A stretch of DNA of 16,914 bases from contig JBBCAW010000106.1 in NCBI GenBank assembly GCA_051382295.1, forward strand, positions 1-16,914, written 5' to 3'. The translations under genes and the position numbers were made by a program. The notes under the pieces were generated by a model that saw nothing but the letters and a program-made list of their open reading frames with translations, was not told where the DNA came from and did no database searches. The DNA is from Bdellovibrionota bacterium FG-1. GTDB lineage: Bacteria; Bdellovibrionota; UBA1018. This document shows positions 9,085 through 16,475 of the stretch, piece after piece (positions within the stretch are counted from its first letter, which is position 1; the number at the start of each line of letters is the position of its first letter).

Positions 9085-9185
9085 GGAATTCTGGGTGAGG
9101 GGGAGGGGATCTGCGCGCGCAGGATGCGCGTTTTTTGCGCGGAGGCCCAGGAGGGCCGACCCCGACACCCTTCAACCAGAATTCC
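9085..9185. repeat. 101-bp palindromic intergenic element with two internal AGGA-loop hairpins (REP/MITE-like element or small RNA)
   Basis: Terminal IR GGAATTCTGG/CCAGAATTCC with further imperfect pairing inward; inner hairpins CGCGC-AGGAT-GCGCG (9116-9130) and GGCCC-AGGA-GGGCC (9144-9157). Confidence 0.6.
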
Positions 9186-9239
9186 AATTTTGATGCGGTG
9201 GGTTTTGACGAATCGACAACTTCGGTTTACGAAAGTGCA

Positions 9240-9920
9240 ATGAAGAAAGCCAATTTTGCGATTCGGGTCCTGGTCTCTGTCGGAATGCTGTTTAATTTTA
9301 ATGCTCGGGCTGAAGGTGTCCTGAGTGGCGCCTGGGGGGATTTATCGCCCGAAGACCAGGCCAAGGTTCAAACAGGCGAACAAGTGATGATGACCAAGCC
9401 GGGCACGGTTTGGCCGCAGATTTTTATTTATCAGCGCCTGGAGTCAACCCCAGAAGAAGCGATGGCGGTTCTTTCGGATTATGAGCGTCAAAAAGAGTAC
9501 ATTCCTGATCTGGTCTATTCGCAAATTGAAAAACGGATCGACAAAACGACTTGTGAAGTGGGTTTTTCGACCCTGACCCATTTTTTTATTCATCCGCGCG
9601 AAAACTACACGACTCGTGAACTGATTTCTTCCTATGACCAGGGGGCGAGCTTCAGAATCGACTGGAAGTTAATTTCCGCTAATCAGCTTCGGGATGTCGT
9701 GGGCTATGCTCGGTTTGAAACCTTGGGAACGGGGACGTTGCTTGCCTATTACAGCTATGTCACGCCTCCTTCAGTCGCTTCCGGACAGTCAGGTCGGGCG
9801 ATTGCCGGGCTTCAGGGTGCGGTACGTGCGATCATCGAGAGGGTTCAAAAATTGAGAACCGAAAATCGGGGTGTGTTGGAGCAAGAGATTTCGGTGCTTC
9901 GGGAAGCGCTGAGCCCTTAA
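9240..9920 (+). CDS. exported START/SRPBCC-fold protein
   Basis: From ATG 9240 (MKKANFAIRVLVSVGMLFNFNARA, signal-like). TPEEAMAVLSDYERQKEYIPDL, IDWKLI, GYARFETLGTGTLLAYYSYV and a C-terminal helix fit SRPBCC. The extension to 9135 merely runs through the palindromic element. Confidence 0.75.
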   Translation: MKKANFAIRVLVSVGMLFNFNARAEGVLSGAWGDLSPEDQAKVQTGEQVMMTKPGTVWPQIFIYQRLESTPEEAMAVLSDYERQKEYIPDLVYSQIEKRIDKTTCEVGFSTLTHFFIHPRENYTTRELISSYDQGASFRIDWKLISANQLRDVVGYARFETLGTGTLLAYYSYVTPPSVASGQSGRAIAGLQGAVRAIIERVQKLRTENRGVLEQEISVLREALSP

Positions 9921-9979
9921 AATTGGAATGCTCGGTGAGGGCGGGTCCATTCATACTCTCTAGCCATCTTGCACAGCCC

Positions 9980-10180
9980 TTACGCTACCCGCATTTTGTG
10001 CGGATGCTTCAGAATCAGGGAAAAGTCAGTATCAGGGAATGCTCCCATGATGCTCTCGATCGTACCAACCGTGGGATTTTCCTCCCCAGACTCCAAACGC
10101 TGGTAATGGCGGAAGGTGAGGTCACGAATCTTCTCTGCGGCTTGCTCCTGGGTTAGCCCCTTCTTCGCCCGCAATCCCAC
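9980..10180 (-). pseudogene. XRE-family HTH regulator, probably 5'-truncated
   Basis: LRAKKGLTQEQAAEKIRDLTFRHYQRLESGEENPTVGTI is an XRE HTH. It has no RBS, starts mid-helix 1, and its upstream DNA belongs to the opposite-strand traF-like remnant. Confidence 0.6.
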
Positions 10181-10646
10181 GGATTCGAATATCGAGAACT
10201 TGTTTCACTACCTGGAAACGAAGAATCAACTTCTACACCGCCTTCAGGCAAAGCTCACGGCCTAGGCAGCGAACCACGGTCAGAGTTTACCGCCAAACAT
10301 GCCGGCACTACCGCCGACCATGGCCAGCGCTGCTACCGAAGCCCCGGCGGCCGTCGCGCGCGCATCGGCTCGGATTGGCAGAGCACCTGCGCCGCATCCC
10401 GACGCCAAGCGGTTTCGGCTGCGGTTGTATTTCGACTCCCACTGCCCGCATTGCGAGCACATGCTTTCAACCACGGTCCGCGAGCTTTCCGCGCTCGGCT
10501 ACTGGATCGAGTTCCGACAGGTGGATCGCGACGACTCCGCCCGCGCGAAGATTCCGTTTCCAGTGAGTCCGGCGAGTTTCGATGAATTGAAGCGCTATGG
10601 AATAGAGAGCGTGCCGGTGACTCTTCCCTGCGTTTTTGAAGCTTAA
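10167..10646 (+). pseudogene. TraF/TrbB-like thioredoxin-fold conjugative pilus assembly gene remnant
   Basis: One frame reads ARNPTDSNIENLFHYLETKNQLLHRLQAKLTA*(TAG 10263)AANHG...LRLYFDSHCPHCEHM...YGIESVP. It has an NPT helix motif, CxxC and the cis-Pro VP motif, but no start, an internal stop, and similarity ends right after SVP. Confidence 0.65.
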
Positions 10647-10736
10647 ACCGGCTGAGCACGTTCGCATATCCGCTTAGACCCTCGCCAGCGTTCCGGGAGC
10701 TGCCCCGGCCTTCAGCAAAGATGTGGTTTGAACGAC

Positions 10737-11202
10737 CTAACCGTTCTTGAATTCCCCCAGTTTTTCTTGCGCTTGTTGCAGATTGTGGGCTTTGCAAAGC
10801 GCTTGGAGGTTTTGATTATCGTTTGATCCTCCTAGAGCCGCGGGAAGGTGGACTCGCTGTCCTTCTGGAAGCGCTTTCGCAGCGGCGGTGGGTACTATCG
10901 CTGCGGCGGTGGCCCTGATCGGCGGTACTTCCTCCTGATCGAGTGCTTTCCCTTTAGGCGCGACGCCCTTCTTTTTTTCGAGGCGTGGCAGGGTCTCATT
11001 GACCAGATATTCGAGTAATTCCCCCAGCGTGGCATTAGGTTTGGCGTGAGCGAGTAGTCCCTTGATTTGTTGAAGCCTTTGATAGACCTCGTCCGAAACC
11101 ACGATTTTGAGTTCACGGTCTTTTTCAGATGAAACAATTCGCTCGCGTTCCAGCGGCATAAAGCCTGCGCGTTTGAATTTCCTCGAGATGTGAAAAAATG
11201 AG
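10737..11202 (-). pseudogene. long HNH endonuclease family gene with multiple deletions
   Basis: An N-terminal scrap LIFSHLEEIQTRRLYA (11202-11155) is out of frame with the middle part (ERERIVS...LQQIKGLLAH...LGELLEYL). RVHLPAAL joins directly to GGSNDNQNLQALCKAHN, so the first CxxC and the catalytic DH are absent. Confidence 0.75.
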
Positions 11203-11263
11203 CCTCGCGAAAAAGTGTCAAGGGGTCCGTAAAATGATTAAGGCTGCGCAGTGTAGTTTATCT

Positions 11264-11929
11264 TCAATCCGCCCCATCCTCAAACGACCCGTCCAGGTAA
11301 TCGGAGATGTATGCGTCGCTGAACTGACCGGCTCCGTAAGCCTGGGTCAGCTTCGTCACCAAAGTCGCCAGAGAAAAGGTTATCGTGTCTCCCGGTGCAA
11401 GCGGTTTGACGGCGGCATAGGCGAACTGGAGCTCCAAGTCCTTGGTGACCGTCTGGCCATTGATGCTCATTGAGTACTGGGCGCCGCCGCAGACCGCCGG
11501 ATTCTTGTGGACCACGACCTTGAGGTGCTTGATCGCGACGCCCGTTGGCAGCCCCGCCTTGCCCCAGGTCGCGGCGCGCGTGCCGTCTCCCAGATCCACC
11601 ATGCCGATCGTCAGCTGCATCAGATCGGAGCCATCCTTCTGGATCGCGCTTCCGTCATCGGCCTCGAGTTTCATCTTTTCGAGGCAGAGCTGAAGACTCG
11701 TGATCGGGGAGGCCGTGGCGAAGGCGCTTTTTGGCAGCGCCAGCAGCTCGAGCAGATTAAAGAAAGGCGGCTGCCTGCGGCCTGCCGCCAGAGGGGTGTT
11801 GTAGGCCCTGCTCGCCAGCACGATGTCCGAAGGATTGCCCGTACCCGTTCCGCCGCCGCATCCCGGCGTAATAAACGCGGCCGAGCCGAGCAGGGTGAGG
11901 AAAATCTGGACTAACTTATTTCTGTTCAT
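11264..11929 (-). CDS. hypothetical lipoprotein, coupled to the TIGR02147-like gene
   Basis: 221 aa; lipoprotein-like signal (AAFITPG-C) then GGGTGTGNP; ATGA overlap with the upstream gene; GGGAG RBS; visibly higher GC than the core genes. Confidence 0.8.
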   Translation of the reverse strand: MNRNKLVQIFLTLLGSAAFITPGCGGGTGTGNPSDIVLASRAYNTPLAAGRRQPPFFNLLELLALPKSAFATASPITSLQLCLEKMKLEADDGSAIQKDGSDLMQLTIGMVDLGDGTRAATWGKAGLPTGVAIKHLKVVVHKNPAVCGGAQYSMSINGQTVTKDLELQFAYAAVKPLAPGDTITFSLATLVTKLTQAYGAGQFSDAYISDYLDGSFEDGAD

Positions 11930-12369
11930 TGTGAACTCCCATCGCCATCGAGTTTATTTTTCTGCGTGAACGGAAATACGGCCAGCGCGACATGGTAGAC
12001 CTCGTCGCCCGCGGGCCCTTCCTTCGCAACCTGCTCAATCTGCCGGTAGGCCTGTTCGAGAATTTTCTTCACTTCCTCATATTTTTCGGGAGTCGCCGCC
12101 AGCGTGTAGCTGTTCAGATTGCGCCGGTCACCCGGGACCGCATCGATCGACCGGGCAGCCAGATCGTACATCTGGCCGTAGAAGCGGCGAAGCGCCAGCC
12201 GATAAACGTGCCCCTGGCAGTCGAGCTGGCGGTCGGGCGGCATCACCGAGCCGTCGGCCCGTTTCTCAAGGAAGCCGTGTTTGAAAAGAAAATCAAGGGA
12301 GGCGGCAATTTTCGTGCGGCTAACTTTTTTCCACAATCTAAGTTGAATCCACTTGGGGTCAATCCTGAA
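11926..12369 (-). pseudogene. TIGR02147/DUF4423-like protein, C-terminal half only
   Basis: FRIDPKWIQLRLWKKVSRTKIAASLDFLFKHGFLEK...AARSIDAVPGDRRNLNSYTLA...DEVYHVALAVFPFT matches the family C-terminal domain. The N-terminal HTH half is missing, and similarity stops at the repeat starting at 12371. Confidence 0.8.
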
Positions 12370-12370
12370 T

Positions 12371-12522
12371 AAACTGGTCCCCTTGCCTAGGTTTTTTGCA
12401 GGCTAACTTCTGGAAATTAAACAATAACATCCAATAGCTTCTCAAGTTTTCAACAGAAACACGGTTTTACTTTATTATTCCAATGAGTTACCCTCCTTCA
12501 GACCTGGAGTGAGGGACCAGCT
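12371..12522. mobile_element. ~152-bp non-autonomous element (MITE/REPIN-like) sharing ends with the element at 13897-15139
   Basis: Left end AAACTGGTCCCCTTGCCTAGG is 19/21 identical to the IR read from the element's right end. Right end 12495-12520 CCTTCAGACCTGGAGTGAGGGACCAG is 22/26 identical to 15110-15135. The interior is AT-rich and non-coding. Confidence 0.75.
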
Positions 12523-12550
12523 CAGTTTGGGTAGACCCGACAAATGCGAT

Positions 12551-13810
12551 TTAGTTCGGTTTGCCGCCTTCGCAAGGAGGTTCTTGCGTAGCGCCATTGC
12601 CCATATCCCGTTTCATACAAGCCTGCATCTCCGCCGGTTTCATGGCGGACATCCTGATGGTAGTAGCCGTTACACCCGCAGGTGGATTGCAATCCCACTT
12701 TTCAGCTGTCAGAAATGAAGCATCCGGTGTGCCTACATCAATGAGCGTCTTGGCATCGACTGTGGCATAATAGGTCGCGGTTGAGGGGGATGGATCAACG
12801 GTTTGATCTTCTTTCCAGCATACGGTTTTCTGGGCCTGTGAAGTTCCCCCACCCCAGTCAAAAATTGCTTTCGCGCATCCCTGCCCGAGAGCGGCAGTGC
12901 TTAAATCCGTCCCGAAAGAGTAATCGGCGATGACGGACATCTGATGTTGTTGAGTAACCGACGCAAATGTACCCGTTCGGTAGGCATCGAGAGTCACCTT
13001 GCCGGATTCCTCAGTCATTTTGGCGTACTGGCTCATGTTCATGGTGGTCGCAGCGGGAGCTCCCCCGCCGGGGGGAGGCATTAAAGCACTTCCTGTGAAC
13101 ACGCCGTTGTGCTCAAAAGTCTTCGCCGAACTCCACTTGCCATCGGCATAGGTGCCCGTCACCGTTGTGCGAGCGCCTCCAGTGTTCACAGGCACACCGG
13201 TGTTGCCGCCGCCGAAGGAGTGATATCCTACCGCTGTTACTGTGCAGGTGCCAGCAGCGCAAACGATACTTACATAATTATCTTGAACCGTCGCACTTTG
13301 AAAGCAGGTGGCCATCGTGAACGATGTAATCGCGCCAGTGGCGTCTTTGGTCGCACTGAATTTGACTTTTCCGCCGGCCGCCGTTCCATCGGGCTTTGTG
13401 CCGCCCCCGACTGCAAGGTAATGATCGGTGCCATCATAGGTACCGGTAAGCAGGCCGGCGTTGTCCATTGCTCCTAAAAAACATTTCATCTGGTCGGCTT
13501 GACCTGCTTCGCGGAAAAGGTTCTTGAATAAGCGCGCATTTTCGCAAGCTGCGCGGGACTTACTGGTCCAGGTCGCTGATCCCGCACTGCCCAAGGGCTG
13601 ACCAGCGCCGCTCGCCATCACTGCATAGGTATTGATGTCATGGTCAAACAATCTAAGTGCTGTTGTCGCAGTACCCACGCCCGTCGTTGCATCTGGCAGA
13701 GCCGCGATACTTACCGCCGCAGAAGAGGCTGCCGGTGTATCTTTTTTGCCGCAGCCTGCGTTCATTGCCACCGCGAGAACGATCGTAAACAAGAACAGCC
13801 TTCCTCGCAT
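12551..13810 (-). CDS. hypothetical Cys-containing, Thr/Gly/Ala-rich lipoprotein
   Basis: 419 aa; lipobox NAG-C followed by GKK; AAAGGAG RBS; possible promoter TAGACA-17-CAAAAT (13887-13859). Confidence 0.85.
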   Translation of the reverse strand: MRGRLFLFTIVLAVAMNAGCGKKDTPAASSAAVSIAALPDATTGVGTATTALRLFDHDINTYAVMASGAGQPLGSAGSATWTSKSRAACENARLFKNLFREAGQADQMKCFLGAMDNAGLLTGTYDGTDHYLAVGGGTKPDGTAAGGKVKFSATKDATGAITSFTMATCFQSATVQDNYVSIVCAAGTCTVTAVGYHSFGGGNTGVPVNTGGARTTVTGTYADGKWSSAKTFEHNGVFTGSALMPPPGGGAPAATTMNMSQYAKMTEESGKVTLDAYRTGTFASVTQQHQMSVIADYSFGTDLSTAALGQGCAKAIFDWGGGTSQAQKTVCWKEDQTVDPSPSTATYYATVDAKTLIDVGTPDASFLTAEKWDCNPPAGVTATTIRMSAMKPAEMQACMKRDMGNGATQEPPCEGGKPN

Positions 13811-13896
13811 AATTTCACTCCTTTGCGCACAGTTAAAATATCAGATGCGATAAAAAGTATTTTGAACCTACGATCCGAGGATGTCTACAAAAAGTG

Positions 13897-15139
13897 AAAA
13901 CTGGCCCCCCAGCCTAGGAAGCCTGAGTGAAGCAGTGAGGTAAAGTCGCTAAGAAATTACGCTCGGATTGACGAATTTCACAAAACTAAGGTCTTCACAG
14001 TCACTCAGTTTAAAAAAGGCAAACCACGGCTTGAAGTACAAGCTCCTAACGGTGGAAAGAGAACCTTGAATCATCCGCTAGGTGCTCGGAGACTCAGTGA
14101 GCACGGTATTGTGATAGTAAACGTAGATGGCGATGTGCGCCGCAAGGCGGTCTTTTCGCTTGGTGGTGCACCAGGTTCTGCGAAACAGCCGATTAATATT
14201 TGCACGAAGCATCGCGGCCGTGTGATTGAACGAAAATAACGGGTCAAAACCGGTCTTTTTGAGCTCCCCCTGACCCACAATACAACCCCGCGAACCCTTA
14301 ATGGTCTTGTGGGTGATTGTTTGAGGGAGCGATTTTTTGATCCAACTTGGGTACTTGGGATTTTGATCCGAAGTGATTTCCGCTTGAGGATCCAGAACTT
14401 TTGCGATTTCCGCAAAAAGTGACGCGGCCGCAGCCGGGCGGCCATCATGACGATGACCGTATTTTTTGAGCGACTTTTCAACCAACATTCCTTTGCTTGG
14501 CATTTCACAGACGCGAAAACCGAGGATTTTTCGGCTCTTGGTCTCAACCACGAGTGGAACACTGAGTGGCAGGCACTTGGATTTTTCGAAAGTCTCCATT
14601 TCATCAAATTGCGCCTCCTTAATCTTGTTCTCTCCCTGAGCGAGCGATTCTAGAAATGCCTGATGAGATAAGCTGGCTTGCTGAGCCCAAAACAGAAACT
14701 TCCGCACCAGGGTTTTTCGATCAATTCCAAGCAGTCTGGCATTTCTTCGTTGAGACACTCCTGAAGCAAGGAGTTTCATCACTTGGTAATTGATCGCTCT
14801 TTTTTTCTGTCTAAAACACGCGGTCAATCGAGACGAGGAAAAAGATCTTTTACACCTTAGACATACAAAAACCGGAACTCGTCTGGAGTCGGAAGTTCTG
14901 AAATAATACCCTTTGCGCTTAAAACCGTCCGAATTCCGGACAGTGGTGTCGGCTTTCGGACTGGGGTCCAGGGTCGCCGTAGAAACGGAAAAAGACGGGC
15001 ATTCGGTATAAGGGCATTTGAGCGCTAAACCAGCTGAAATTTGTTTGTTCATCAGTCGGGTATTAAACAAAACCCGTGCCGTTACCGAGGCTTCTGCTTA
15101 CAGCCTCACCCTTCAGACCTAGGCTGGGGGACCAGTTTT
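13897..15139 (-). mobile_element. IS1/IS1595-like element bounded by 22-bp inverted repeats
   Basis: Left AAAACTGGCCCCCCAGCCTAGG (13897-13918) and right, reverse-complemented, AAAACTGGTCCCCCAGCCTAGG (15139-15118) match at 21/22. They enclose a single transposase ORF; no flanking direct repeat is visible. Confidence 0.8.
14078..15052 (-). CDS. IS1-like transposase (Zn ribbon + HTH + RNase H-like DD-N domain) in a single ORF
   Basis: CPYTEC...CLRCKRSFS zinc ribbon; GVSQRRNARLLGIDRKTLVRK HTH; QFDEMET, ITSDQNPKY, and FNHTAAMLRANINRLFRRTWCTTK aligning to IS1 [24 protein letters not shown]. Start is ATG 15052 or TTG 15070. Confidence 0.8.
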   Translation of the reverse strand: MNKQISAGLALKCPYTECPSFSVSTATLDPSPKADTTVRNSDGFKRKGYYFRTSDSRRVPVFVCLRCKRSFSSSRLTACFRQKKRAINYQVMKLLASGVSQRRNARLLGIDRKTLVRKFLFWAQQASLSHQAFLESLAQGENKIKEAQFDEMETFEKSKCLPLSVPLVVETKSRKILGFRVCEMPSKGMLVEKSLKKYGHRHDGRPAAAASLFAEIAKVLDPQAEITSDQNPKYPSWIKKSLPQTITHKTIKGSRGCIVGQGELKKTGFDPLFSFNHTAAMLRANINRLFRRTWCTTKRKDRLAAHIAIYVYYHNTVLTESPST

Positions 15140-15145
15140 AACCTT

Positions 15146-15847
15146 CTAAGGCAGCGTTTCCAGCTCCGCAACCGTTTTGCATCGAAAAGGCGGGCTTTCA
15201 GTCATTTCGCGTTGGAGGGTCGAAGCGACTTCCTTTTGGTAATGATGGCCGGGTAAAATCACCGTTTCAAGAGGGAGCTTCTTGATTCGTTGAAGCGACT
15301 CGAAAAGTTCTCGAGGGTTTCCTGAGGGGAGGTCGGTGCGGCCACAATCCCGAATAAAGACGGTATCGCCCGTCAATAAATAGGGAGGGGTGGTGTTTGA
15401 AACCCAAAAACAACACTCGCCGGCGCTGTGCCCTGGAGTGTGAAGGACTTTGACCTCGATGTGGCCGATTTTCAGGGTTTGGCCATCGTTGATTTTCCGT
15501 AACGAGGGGTGATTTTTAAGGACTCGTGGAAGCCGGTGAAGATCGGCGTCATGTACTGAAATAGGGAGCTCCGGATTTATCTGGGCCAGGGCGGGAACCC
15601 CTGCGGTGTGATCACCGTGAGTGTGGGTCAGTAAAATCTGTCTAAGAGAAATGCCGTGCTTTTTGAGCGCCTCAAGCGGGGGGGCTAGGTCACTTTGAGG
15701 ATCGACAATTGCGGCCTCTCGAGTTTGCCAATCGATGATCAGATAGATCAGATTGTGGCCGTCGCCTATTTCGAATTGCGCAATGGGTTGGTTTTCAATT
15801 AGCCCTTGGGCGGAATGACCCCTAAGAGAGGGCGGTAGCGAATTCAT
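15146..15847 (-). CDS. MBL-fold metallo-hydrolase (glyoxalase II / ETHE1-like)
   Basis: LTHTHGDH, HTPGHSAG, TGDTVF..DCGRTDL, LPGHHY. Internal ATG 15847 has an AGGAGA RBS; the ORF is open further upstream to 16096. Confidence 0.9.
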   Translation of the reverse strand: MNSLPPSLRGHSAQGLIENQPIAQFEIGDGHNLIYLIIDWQTREAAIVDPQSDLAPPLEALKKHGISLRQILLTHTHGDHTAGVPALAQINPELPISVHDADLHRLPRVLKNHPSLRKINDGQTLKIGHIEVKVLHTPGHSAGECCFWVSNTTPPYLLTGDTVFIRDCGRTDLPSGNPRELFESLQRIKKLPLETVILPGHHYQKEVASTLQREMTESPPFRCKTVAELETLP

Positions 15848-16096
15848 GAATAAGGTCTCCTGCGTCCAACCTAGGTCTGGAGCGTGCGCCGGGTCAAGGC
15901 GCTTTTTAGTGAGGAGACGCCATGCCGCAAATCCCCCCGCCAAAAGGAGGATGTACTCGGGACGAATGAATTGCGCGTCTTTTCGAGCTGCGGAAACACC
16001 CTTAAAGGTGGCGCTTAAAAACCGGTTTTTTTGTATGGCAAGTTCCTGATCAAGTTGGGCTTTTCTTTGATGAATGAAGTGGATTCGAGATGTCAT
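15848..16096 (-). pseudogene. YqjK-like small membrane protein stub read in frame into the MBL hydrolase
   Basis: RKAQLDQELAIQKNRF helix plus TM YILLLAGGFAAWRLL-KKR; ATGA overlap with the YqjE-like gene; no stop before the hydrolase ATG. Confidence 0.5.
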
Positions 16097-16431
16097 ATTT
16101 TGAGTTCACGGTTGCTGATTCTTTGGCCGTTCCAAAAGCACAATCCCGCTGTTCCGCCTAAGAGCACCAAAATGGAGAGCGCCAAAACCCAGGGCGAAAC
16201 GCCTGCTTCACGCAAGCCTTGCGTGATCCAAAAAAAAGTAAAACCGACAGTCGTCACCGCCAAAACAAAGCCGATGCCCCACCACATCATTCGTTGAGCT
16301 TCGACGCGAGCTCGGAGTTCAGCGCTCAGGGCCATTGATTCGCGTTGAGCTTGAAGCCAGCGCGATGCTGCATCTTTAGCTTCACCAAATAGGGGGATAG
16401 GGTTTTGAAACAAGCTGGGATTAGGCGTCAC
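16093..16431 (-). CDS. YqjE-like / phage-holin-family two-TM membrane protein
   Basis: 112 aa; RESMALSAELRARVE followed by two TM helices; GGAGG RBS before GTG. Confidence 0.65.
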   Translation of the reverse strand: MTPNPSLFQNPIPLFGEAKDAASRWLQAQRESMALSAELRARVEAQRMMWWGIGFVLAVTTVGFTFFWITQGLREAGVSPWVLALSILVLLGGTAGLCFWNGQRISNRELKI

Positions 16432-16475
16432 GTGCGACCTCCGTGCTCAGCCAGACAATGCAAGAAACAGCCCTG

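Noticed and set aside
9135..9239. N-terminal extension of the START-domain ORF
   Set aside because: It runs through the palindromic element; a signal-peptide-like sequence starts at ATG 9240.
14071..14607. 178-aa alternative-frame ORF inside the transposase, as a possible IS1-type frameshift partner
   Set aside because: All transposase motifs are already in one frame, and this ORF has no recognisable motif.
15067..15081. Sigma-54-like CGGCACG-GGTT-TTGT upstream of the transposase (and AGGGCT-GTTTC-TTGCA at 16474-16459)
   Set aside because: Each departs from TGGCAC-N5-TTGC at key positions; too weak without TSS data.
12371..15139. The four repeats as a CRISPR array or attC cassette array
   Set aside because: Copies are inverted pairs at very uneven distances, and there is no cas gene or integrase in the window.
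15870..15882. CCTAGGTCTGGAG, similar to the CCTAGGTCTGAAG part of the element's right end
   Set aside because: It lacks the ACTGGTCCCC terminus and a partner repeat, and is explained as the hydrolase promoter region. It may be chance.
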